From NCBI GenBank assembly GCA_045602125.1, contig JAZSBA010000005.1, forward strand, positions 1-37,609: 37,609 nucleotides of DNA, read 5' to 3'. Source of the stretch: Christensenellaceae bacterium. Lineage in GTDB: Bacteria > Bacillota > Clostridia > Christensenellales > Borkfalkiaceae. Made by a program: the position numbers and the translations under genes. Positions 24,150 through 31,094 of this stretch are shown one piece after another (within the stretch, counting starts at the first letter, position 1; every line of letters starts with the position of its first letter). The notes under the pieces were generated by a model. That model had not been told where the DNA came from and did no database searches. It saw nothing but the letters and a program-made list of their open reading frames with translations.

Positions 24150-24971
24150 ATGAGTAATTGTTCGCACAACTGTTCTTCTTGTTCTCAAAAAGATTGTAAG
24201 GACAGAAATCAATTTGAAATAGCCCCTAAAGAAGGGACTTCGTTTAAGAAGATAATCGCCGTTATGAGCGGAAAGGGTGGAGTTGGAAAATCACTCGTTA
24301 CGAGTATGCTCGCCGTTGCGTCAAAAAAGCGCGGGTTTGATACCGCGGTGTTAGACGCCGATATCACGGGCCCTTCAATTCCCAAAACGTTTGGCGTTGA
24401 TAGTTTAAGGGCGCAAGGCTCGGAGCAAGGCTTGTATCCCGTTTACAGTAAAAACGGAATAAAAGTAATGTCGATTAACCTTTTACTTGAAGAGCCGTCA
24501 CAACCGGTGGTTTGGCGCGGTCCTGTAATATCGGGCGTTGTCAAGCAGTTTTATACCGACGTTTTGTGGGGAGAAACGGATATTATGTTTATCGATATGC
24601 CCCCGGGAACCGGCGACGTTCCGCTCACGGTATTTCAAAGTTTTAAGGTTGACGGTATAATCGTAGTTACCACTCCGCAAGACTTGGTTTCAATGATAGT
24701 TGAAAAGTCTGTTAAAATGGCTAACATGATGAACGTTCCAATCTTAGGCGTAGTTGAAAATATGAGTTACGCAGTTTGCCCCGAGTGCAACGAAAAACTC
24801 TACGTTTTCGGCAAAGGCAAAACTGAGAGCGTATGCAAGGAATACGGTTTGCCACTTCTTGCAAAACTTCCAATTAACCCCGACGTTGCAAGTTTAATCG
24901 ACCAAGGAAAAGTTGAAGACGTTGACGTTTCGTTTATGGAAGAAACTATAAATAAAATTATGGAGAAATAA
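24150..24971 (+). CDS. Mrp/NBP35 (ApbC) family iron-sulfur cluster carrier ATPase
   Basis: 273 aa with a deviant Walker A (SGKGGVGKS), a C-terminal CPEC motif and an N-terminal Cys cluster (CSHNCSSCSQKDC). Confidence 0.88.
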   Translation: MSNCSHNCSSCSQKDCKDRNQFEIAPKEGTSFKKIIAVMSGKGGVGKSLVTSMLAVASKKRGFDTAVLDADITGPSIPKTFGVDSLRAQGSEQGLYPVYSKNGIKVMSINLLLEEPSQPVVWRGPVISGVVKQFYTDVLWGETDIMFIDMPPGTGDVPLTVFQSFKVDGIIVVTTPQDLVSMIVEKSVKMANMMNVPILGVVENMSYAVCPECNEKLYVFGKGKTESVCKEYGLPLLAKLPINPDVASLIDQGKVEDVDVSFMEETINKIMEK

Positions 24972-24973
24972 TT

Positions 24974-25396
24974 ATGACTTTAGAGCAATTTAAGAAAGAA
25001 AAAATTGAAGCAATGAAGCAAAAGGACAAGGAAAAAGTTTCCGCCCTTAACGTAATCATAACTAAAGTTATGGCCTTAACTATTGAAAAGCGCGCGGTAA
25101 ACGCAGAAGTTACCGAAGCCGATATCGACACGCTTCTTCAAAAGGCTGAAAAAGAACTCACCGAAGAGAGAGAAGGTTTTATAAAAGCGGGTAGAGAAGA
25201 AAACGTTAATTCGTTAACCGCTCAAATAGAAATTATCAAAAAATACCTTCCCGCATTACTTTCTGAAGATGAAGTTCGTGAAATTATAGACGGGCTTGAA
25301 GATAAGTCGATGCCGTCTATTATGAAACACTTTAAGCAAAATTATCAAGGCAAAGTTGATATGCGTATGGTAAACGCAATAGCAAACAAACGCTAA
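24974..25396 (+). CDS. yqeY: GatB/YqeY domain protein
   Basis: 140 aa with the YqeY-like pattern throughout. The gap after mrp is 2 nt. Confidence 0.75.
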   Translation: MTLEQFKKEKIEAMKQKDKEKVSALNVIITKVMALTIEKRAVNAEVTEADIDTLLQKAEKELTEEREGFIKAGREENVNSLTAQIEIIKKYLPALLSEDEVREIIDGLEDKSMPSIMKHFKQNYQGKVDMRMVNAIANKR

Positions 25397-25399
25397 CGC

Positions 25400-25428
25400 T
25401 TGAAATCTTTTCGATTTTATCGTATAAT
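25400..25428 (+). promoter_or_regulatory. consensus sigma-A promoter
   Basis: TTGAAA (25400-25405), a 17-nt spacer, then TATAAT (25423-25428). Confidence 0.75.
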
Positions 25429-25452
25429 AGATACAAGAGAGGAGAGCCTACT

Positions 25453-26196
25453 ATGGATATTCAAGAAGAAAAATTATTCGAGCCCAGCACGGTTGAAAAC
25501 GAGTTAGAGCCGTTATCCGTTGAAGACGTAAATCTTGGAAGTTCGTCCAGCGAAGAATTTTTTATCCAAGAAGAAAGTATAGACTTTATCGAGCCCGTTC
25601 GCCCAGAGCACGTTTTAGAAGAAGTTTTATTCGAAAAAGACGTGGAAGAACAATCCGTAACGGCTGACTTAACTAGCGCTCCGAGTATTTTTAGCGACGA
25701 GCTTTCAACGTTTGGCGAAATGAACGTTGACAATCTGGTTTTAAAAGATAAAGACTTTAAAGAAGATAGATATATTGAGAAAAACTTTGCTAAAAAATTA
25801 ATCGAAGCAGATTATGAAATTATCAAGCGTTACGACGAACTCAAGAATATAATTCTTGAATATAAAAACGTAAAGTCTAGAGTTTCTAACGATTTTGATA
25901 GTTTTAATATGGGAAGAACTCAACTTTTTAAACTTGGTTACTCAACCAAATCTTTAAAACTTTACGTTAATTTAGATATCAGCGAAGTTGAGTCAAGGCT
26001 TAAATGTAAAGACGTTTCGAACAAGAAAGCCTACGCTCAAGTTCCCGTATTTTTAAGAATAAAATCGCCAAGAGCGATGAAGAACGCAAAGTATCTTATA
26101 GAGCAAGTTGCAAAGAAGTTTAGCCTTGTTAAAAATCCTAAGGCAACGTACGTTGACGCGGTTAAAATTTTAAAATCAAAAGCAAAAAGTTATTAA
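25453..26196 (+). CDS. hypothetical protein with an acidic N-terminal half and a basic C-terminal domain
   Basis: 247 aa with a GGAGAG RBS. The N-terminal ~95 aa are rich in E, D and S. The C-terminal block (YDELKNIILEYKNVKSRVS...LYVNLD...KKAYAQVPVFLRIKSPRAMKNAKYLIEQV) looks like a conserved domain that I cannot name. Confidence 0.6.
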   Translation: MDIQEEKLFEPSTVENELEPLSVEDVNLGSSSSEEFFIQEESIDFIEPVRPEHVLEEVLFEKDVEEQSVTADLTSAPSIFSDELSTFGEMNVDNLVLKDKDFKEDRYIEKNFAKKLIEADYEIIKRYDELKNIILEYKNVKSRVSNDFDSFNMGRTQLFKLGYSTKSLKLYVNLDISEVESRLKCKDVSNKKAYAQVPVFLRIKSPRAMKNAKYLIEQVAKKFSLVKNPKATYVDAVKILKSKAKSY

Positions 26197-26224
26197 AAAA
26201 CGCACCGAAAAGGTGCGTTTTTTA
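26195..26224. terminator. bidirectional intrinsic terminator
   Basis: AAAAAA is followed by stem CGCACC (26201-26206), loop GAAAA, stem GGTGCG (26212-26217) and TTTTTT. Confidence 0.85.
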
Positions 26225-26416
26225 TCGATTGTTTTTATCTATTCTCTTGCTTATTTCATCGTGTTTTTTTAAAAGAGCGATAGTCGATTTATAGGCGTTC
26301 GACCGAGTTTTTTGAGTTATTGGTTTAACGCTTTGTTCTTTTGAAGAGTTGGTGTTTGGCTGGTTATTTTGCAAAGATAATTTGTTTATTAAGTCAAAGA
26401 TACCGAATTTTTCCAT
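26222..26416 (-). CDS. small hypothetical protein (64 aa)
   Basis: An AGGA lies about 10 nt upstream of the ATG, and the ORF ends at the shared terminator. It is hydrophilic and I recognise no family. Confidence 0.4.
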   Translation of the reverse strand: MEKFGIFDLINKLSLQNNQPNTNSSKEQSVKPITQKTRSNAYKSTIALLKKHDEISKRIDKNNR

Positions 26417-26466
26417 AAAACATCCTAAAAAATAAAAAAACTTGCTTTATTTTCACTAAAAAATTA

Positions 26467-26495
26467 TTGATTATTGAAAAGTTTTAGTATATAAT
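26467..26495 (+). promoter_or_regulatory. sigma-A promoter for the lipoprotein gene
   Basis: TTGATT (26467-26472), a 17-nt spacer, then TATAAT (26490-26495). Confidence 0.7.
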
Positions 26496-26496
26496 A

Positions 26497-26537
26497 GTAT
26501 ACGTATACGCGTGTGCTATTTTATACGTACGCGTGCT
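26497..26537 (+). promoter_or_regulatory. operator-like CG-rich palindromic direct repeats at the predicted transcription start
   Basis: A 12-bp perfect palindrome GTATACGTATAC lies at 26497-26508. The direct repeat TATACGTA(TA)CGCGTG(TG)CT occurs at 26498-26517 and 26522-26537. Confidence 0.5.
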
Positions 26538-26596
26538 TTAACAAAAATATTCCACGTCAAGGCTCGGTAAAATTGGCGTGCCTAAAGGGAGAAAAT

Positions 26597-28144
26597 ATGA
26601 AAAAACTTTTATTTTTATTGATTGCTATACTTACTATGTCGTTCTGTTTAACTGGTTGTAACGATAAAAACGTTGAGCCGTTAGCAAACGTTGGTGGTAG
26701 CGTAATTTCAGGCAACGGTTCTTTCGCTGTTGAAAAGGGCGAATACGTATATTTCATCAACGGTATTGGCGATAGCAAGCAATCTAACAATATGGGTGAC
26801 GTAACTAAAGGTTCTCTTTGCCGTGTTAAAACGGAAGCTATTGGCGAAAGCGACGCTAAAGTCGAAACAGTTATCCCCAAACTCGTAACTACCGGTTCTG
26901 CAAGCAAGGGTATTTTCGTTTTCGGCGATACCGTTTATTACGCATCTCCGTATTCTGAAAAGGACAAGACTGGCGCCGTTAGAAACGACTACACGGAATT
27001 TAGATCTTTTGATTTAAAGACTGCTAAATCTTCAAGCTTTGGTTATGAAACTAATTCGGTAAACACTTACCTTTTCTATCAAAACGGTAACGACGTTTAC
27101 CTTGGTTATGAATATACTGTTACGGTTGACGAAAAGGAAACTAAAGTTTTCAGAGTTCTCAATCAAAAGGGCGAAGAAGTTCACAAGATTGAAAAGTACA
27201 CGTCTTTAGCCGTTGCAAGTGATAATTCCGGGATGCTTTTCTTCGTTAAGACTGCTTATTCTAAGGACTTAGATCAAGACGAATCGTTCTCTGAAGTTTA
27301 CTCTTACGTTTTAGGTGGCGCTGAAGAATTAGTATTCTCTGGTTGCGGTACAAACGGTCTTACTAGAGATAAAGCCGATAGAGATACGGATAGTTACAAG
27401 GCTAAAATCTTAAAGTACAGCGACTTTTCTGGCGCAACGGTAACTATCGTTAAAAACACGGGCAGTCTTCTTATTATGAAGGTTACCGGTGTTGACGCTA
27501 ATTATTCAGGCTCTTATTACTTTGGTTTAAATATTAGCGACGGTATAACCGTTTCTAACCTTAAAGAAATGGGCAGAAGCACTACTTATATCGATAACGC
27601 TTTAACTACTACTGCGTACTACAAATCACTTAACGAAATTTACTACGTTGAAAATACAGACTATCTTAAAGGTCTTGTAAAATTTGATTACACTAAGCTT
27701 TCCGACGCTACTCACGGTAGAACTCTTATCAATAAAGACGCTGCTGAAAAGAACATTGCGTTCACCGAAGGAGATTATATCTATTTAAGTGGAGCAGACG
27801 GAGATTATTATAGACTTAATTTAATCGACGCAAGCGCTAAACTTAGAAAGATTAACGGTGTTTCTGCAAAGACTACTACTGATTGGTTAATTCCAAGAGT
27901 AATCGGCGATAAGTTCATTTGCGTTTTATCTGATTCTATTTTTGGAAGTTACGCATACGCTATTGATATGAAAGGTATCGATACCGATGAATACGAAGAT
28001 AAACTTGAAGAACTTTCTGAACTTGATAGAGAAGAGGTTTTAGCAATAAACGGAACTTTAGTTGGTAAAAAGACTGATGCGGATAAAGACGCGTTTACTG
28101 AAAAGCTTGACTCTTCGTATCCTGAAGAAGAAGACGAAGAATAA
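26597..28144 (+). CDS. lipoprotein with repeated beta-strand-rich (propeller-like, DUF5050-like) units and an acidic tail
   Basis: I place the start at ATG 26597 (AAGGGAG RBS), giving MKKLLFLLIAILTMSFCLTGC, a signal peptide with lipobox. Motifs of the form G(D/E)xxYY/YF recur. The tracked start at 26513 lies inside the leader. Confidence 0.65.
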   Translation: MKKLLFLLIAILTMSFCLTGCNDKNVEPLANVGGSVISGNGSFAVEKGEYVYFINGIGDSKQSNNMGDVTKGSLCRVKTEAIGESDAKVETVIPKLVTTGSASKGIFVFGDTVYYASPYSEKDKTGAVRNDYTEFRSFDLKTAKSSSFGYETNSVNTYLFYQNGNDVYLGYEYTVTVDEKETKVFRVLNQKGEEVHKIEKYTSLAVASDNSGMLFFVKTAYSKDLDQDESFSEVYSYVLGGAEELVFSGCGTNGLTRDKADRDTDSYKAKILKYSDFSGATVTIVKNTGSLLIMKVTGVDANYSGSYYFGLNISDGITVSNLKEMGRSTTYIDNALTTTAYYKSLNEIYYVENTDYLKGLVKFDYTKLSDATHGRTLINKDAAEKNIAFTEGDYIYLSGADGDYYRLNLIDASAKLRKINGVSAKTTTDWLIPRVIGDKFICVLSDSIFGSYAYAIDMKGIDTDEYEDKLEELSELDREEVLAINGTLVGKKTDADKDAFTEKLDSSYPEEEDEE

Positions 28145-28170
28145 TAATATATTAAACTTCTAGCAATAAT

Positions 28171-28203
28171 AAAGCCGCCGAAACGCTCGGCGGACTTTTA
28201 TTG
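28171..28203 (+). terminator. intrinsic terminator after the lipoprotein gene
   Basis: Stem CCGCCGA (28175-28181), loop AACGC, stem TCGGCGG (28187-28193), then CTTTTATT. Confidence 0.75.
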
Positions 28204-28219
28204 CCTTATTTATGTAATT

Positions 28220-29278
28220 ATGAGAATATTATCTTACGATATCGAAAGCACGACTGGTAGTCATCAAGACGGCAGTATGTGCACTTTCGGTTACTGCATA
28301 GCAGACGAAAAACTAAATATCATAGAGCAAAGAGATATCGTAATGCGCCCATACACTAAACGTTACGAGTCGCGAATTAAACTCCATTACGACAAAGCGT
28401 ATATAAAGGCTCAACCACCTTTCCCCGATTGGTACGACGAGATTAAAAATCTCTTTAAAAGTTGCGATTTAATAATCGGCTTTTCCGTTTCTAACGACGT
28501 TGACTTTTTAAATAACGCCTGTCAAGTTTACAGTTTAGAGCGCATAGAGTACGAGTTTTTAGATATTCAGCTTTTACATAAAACCGTTTACAACAAGCCA
28601 AACCCTTGCGGGCTCGAGAACGTTGCAACGGAAATGGAGATAGAATATCTTGCTCACAGGAGCGATGAAGACGCGCGCGTTACCTTATTATTACTTAAAA
28701 CGATGCTCGGCGAGTTAAACTTGACGATTCCTGAACTACTTAGAAAATATCATATAACTCAAGGGGTAAACACCAAGGCGGAAACAACGCCTTGCACTAA
28801 CGGAGTTTTAACAAAGAAGGAAATCAACTACTTAATTAACGACTTCGTCGATAAAAATTACAGGCACAACAGAAGATATAAAGGTGGTTTATCTTATAAA
28901 TCGTTTGCGTTCTCCGAAAGTATAAAATACGGCAACGTTGACTTATATAGAACGTTAATGAAGAAGATTTACTCGTTAAACGGAAGAGTAGGTCAGATAG
29001 AAAACTCAAATCATTTCGTATCTGAAAGCGGAGTTTTAACGGAAAAAGAACAAAGGGCAATTAACCTTCGCAACGAGGGAAGAAAGAGAATAACCGTTAT
29101 CACGTTAGATGAGTTTTTATCGTTAGTTGGAGAGCTTCCTAAACTTGATTTTTCAGGCGACGTTGAACTTATAAAACAGCACCGCCGAGAAGTAAGGCAA
29201 AAACGCTTAGAGAGAAAACAAGAATTTTTAAAACAAAAAGCTATTGAAAAGAAACAAAAAGAAAATAAACAAAATTAA
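28220..29278 (+). CDS. DEDDh (DnaQ-like) 3'-5' exonuclease with a BRCT-like middle domain and a K/R/E/Q-rich tail
   Basis: 352 aa with Exo I (ILSYDIEST), Exo II (GFSVSNDVDFL) and Exo III (AHRSDEDARVT). Residues ~215-300 (KSFAFSE...LMKKIYSLNGRVGQ...NHFVSE...ITVITLDEFLSLV) follow a BRCT-like pattern. No Shine-Dalgarno sequence is visible upstream. Confidence 0.75.
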   Translation: MRILSYDIESTTGSHQDGSMCTFGYCIADEKLNIIEQRDIVMRPYTKRYESRIKLHYDKAYIKAQPPFPDWYDEIKNLFKSCDLIIGFSVSNDVDFLNNACQVYSLERIEYEFLDIQLLHKTVYNKPNPCGLENVATEMEIEYLAHRSDEDARVTLLLLKTMLGELNLTIPELLRKYHITQGVNTKAETTPCTNGVLTKKEINYLINDFVDKNYRHNRRYKGGLSYKSFAFSESIKYGNVDLYRTLMKKIYSLNGRVGQIENSNHFVSESGVLTEKEQRAINLRNEGRKRITVITLDEFLSLVGELPKLDFSGDVELIKQHRREVRQKRLERKQEFLKQKAIEKKQKENKQN

Positions 29279-29310
29279 AAAACAGCGCGTAGCCCACGCG
29301 CTGTTTTTTA
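29276..29310. terminator. bidirectional intrinsic terminator
   Basis: AAAAAA is followed by stem CAGCGCGT (29283-29290), loop AGCCC, stem ACGCGCTG (29296-29303) and TTTTTT. Confidence 0.88.
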
Positions 29311-29508
29311 GTCTTTTATAAATTCAACGATATCTTCAATTTTACAATCTAAATAGTTGCAAATTTTATCAAGGGTTTTAAGTTCAACGTTTTCGTTTGC
29401 TTTAAGTCTGCGGATAGTTTTGCTATCTAAAACGCACTCTTCACGAAGCCTATACGTTGAAACTCCTTTATTCTTCATAGTAATAAATAATTTATCAAAC
29501 TTAAACAT
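29308..29508 (-). CDS. XRE-family HTH transcriptional regulator (short YozG/HTH_26-like)
   Basis: 66 aa. STYRLREECVLDSKTIRRLKANENVELKTLDKICNYLDCKIEDIVEF matches the small Cro/C1-type HTH pattern. Confidence 0.8.
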   Translation of the reverse strand: MFKFDKLFITMKNKGVSTYRLREECVLDSKTIRRLKANENVELKTLDKICNYLDCKIEDIVEFIKD

Positions 29509-29510
29509 AA

Positions 29511-29708
29511 TTATTCTATTCCAAAAAGCAAGTTCGGTTCAACGTCAAATTTTTCATACAATAGCATAATGCTATCATAACCAGGCTTTTTCTTTCCTAA
29601 AAGCCATTGACTAATCGTCGTTTGATTAACGCCTAAAATATCGGCAAACGCTTGTTGCGATAACCCTTTTTCTTGCATTATTTGTTTAATAACTTCTACA
29701 TACCACAT
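29511..29708 (-). CDS. XRE-family HTH transcriptional regulator
   Basis: 65 aa with the classic Cro/C1 HTH (LSQQAFADILGVNQTTISQWLLGKKKP). There is no SD. The ATG lies 7 nt after a TATAAT, so the transcript may be leaderless. Confidence 0.8.
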   Translation of the reverse strand: MWYVEVIKQIMQEKGLSQQAFADILGVNQTTISQWLLGKKKPGYDSIMLLYEKFDVEPNLLFGIE

Positions 29709-29729
29709 AAAAAAATTATATACATTATT

Positions 29730-29762
29730 AGGTCTAAAGACTTGACTTAGGTCAAAAGACCT
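29730..29762. promoter_or_regulatory. two tandem operator-like palindromes in the divergent control region
   Basis: TTAGGTCTAAAGACT (AGGTC-N4-GACTT) starts at 29730 and TTAGGTCAAAAGACC (AGGTC-N4-GACCT, perfect) spans 29749-29762. The two centres are about 19-20 bp apart, and both overlap the -35 and spacer of the + strand promoter. Confidence 0.6.
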
Positions 29763-29770
29763 GATATAAT
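29742..29770 (+). promoter_or_regulatory. near-consensus sigma-A promoter (extended -10) for the small membrane-peptide gene
   Basis: TTGACT (29742-29747), a 17-nt spacer, then TGATATAAT (-10 at 29765-29770). Confidence 0.75.
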
Positions 29771-29801
29771 TTAGTTATTATTTACATAGGAGGCATATTT
29801 T

Positions 29802-30030
29802 ATGCAAGATAACAACAATATAGCAAGATTCTTATTAACTTTTTTTTGGGTTTATAGGTAGTTTCATTATTAACCACTCTAGTTTAAAGCCTAATGGCTG
29901 GAAATCAAGGACTTGTGCATATTTCTTTTTAGCAATATTAACTTGTGATATTTATCCGTTAGTTGCTTCAATTTGCAATTTGACTTTCAAAGAAACTAGT
30001 GGAAGTAATATTGGATACTTTAAAGATTAA
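29802..30030 (+). pseudogene. small two-TM (TM2-domain-like) membrane protein gene interrupted at a T8 homopolymer
   Basis: A strong AGGAGG RBS precedes the ATG at 29802. The zero frame stops after 19 codons (TAG at 29859). After the T8 run (29840-29847) the +1 frame stays open to TAA at 30028-30030. Removing one T gives a 75-aa hydrophobic protein, MQDNNNIARFLLTFFGFIGSFIINHS... Confidence 0.6.
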
Positions 30031-30047
30031 TAACCCCTAATTAAGTA

Positions 30048-30080
30048 GAAAACACGGTGGAACTTTCCACCGTGTTTTTG
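30048..30080. terminator. bidirectional intrinsic terminator
   Basis: Stem ACACGGTGGA (30052-30061), loop ACTT, stem TCCACCGTGT (30066-30075), then TTTT. Confidence 0.88.
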
Positions 30081-30084
30081 ATTG

Positions 30085-31092
30085 TTAAAGTATATCTATT
30101 CCGTTTTCTTTGGCAAGTTCTTCCATGCCGTCTGGCCATAAGGAAACTTGAACTTCGCCGATATGAGCCTTTTGTAAAACGTATAAGCAAAGCCTTGATT
30201 GACCGATTCCACCGCCTATCGTTAAGGGGAGTTCATTTGCAATAATTTGCTTGTGATAGTCAAAGTTAAGCCTTTCTTCTTTGTTTGACGCTTTAAGTTG
30301 AGAAGCGAGCGACTTTTCGTCAACTCTTATTCCCATACTCGATATTTCAAGCGACGAGTCAAGAACTTCGTTGTAGAATAATATATCGCCGTTTAAAAGC
30401 CAATCGTCATAGTCTGGCGCTCTGCTATCGTGCGGTTTGCCGTCACTTAAAGGAACGCCTATTTGCATCAAGAATACCGTTCCAAATTCTTTGGTTAAAA
30501 GATATTCCCTTTCTTTGCCCGTGGCGTTAGGATACATTTCTTCGGCTTCCTTCGTTGTGATAAACTTAACTTCTTTATTGACGTTTAACGAAAGGAAAGG
30601 GAATTCCTTTTTAGCCATTTCGTTAACTTCGCTTATCGCTTCAACGATAGTTTTTACCGTTTGCTTTAAATATTCAACCGTTCTATCCGCTCTAGTTATA
30701 ACTCTTTCCCAATCCCATTGGTCAACGTAGATAGAGTGAATATTATCAACGCTATCATCTCTTCTTATAGCGTTCATATCGGTATATAAGCCGTAGCCAG
30801 CCGAAAAACCGTACTTTTTAAGAGCAGTTCTCTTCCATTTTGCCAAACTGTGAACGATTTCAGCATCTTTTCCCAATTCTTTAATGTCAAATCTAACGGC
30901 TCTTTCAACGCCCGATAAATCGTCGTTAATACCCGTGTCAGAATAAACGAGAATTGGAGCGGAAACTCTTGTTAATTCGAGTTTTTCTGCGAAAATTCGC
31001 TCAAAATTGTCTTTAACGAACTTGATTGCCTTTTGATTGGTAATCATATCGCAGTTTGATTTATAGTTCTTTGGTATTTGTAAACTTTTCAT
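30085..31092 (-). CDS. asnA: aspartate-ammonia ligase (asparagine synthetase A)
   Basis: 335 aa with long identities to the AsnA pattern (VHSLAKWKR, YVDQWDWERV, APDYDDW, SSMGIRVD, TIGGGIGQSRL). A GAAGGTG RBS is present. Confidence 0.93.
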   Translation of the reverse strand: MKSLQIPKNYKSNCDMITNQKAIKFVKDNFERIFAEKLELTRVSAPILVYSDTGINDDLSGVERAVRFDIKELGKDAEIVHSLAKWKRTALKKYGFSAGYGLYTDMNAIRRDDSVDNIHSIYVDQWDWERVITRADRTVEYLKQTVKTIVEAISEVNEMAKKEFPFLSLNVNKEVKFITTKEAEEMYPNATGKEREYLLTKEFGTVFLMQIGVPLSDGKPHDSRAPDYDDWLLNGDILFYNEVLDSSLEISSMGIRVDEKSLASQLKASNKEERLNFDYHKQIIANELPLTIGGGIGQSRLCLYVLQKAHIGEVQVSLWPDGMEELAKENGIDIL

Positions 31093-31094
31093 TT

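Noticed and set aside
28145-30084. I considered whether the islet is a prophage or integrative element.
   Set aside because: There is no integrase, recombinase or transposase, no flanking direct repeats or tRNA, and no structural or replication genes. Only a remnant or a stand-alone module is tenable.
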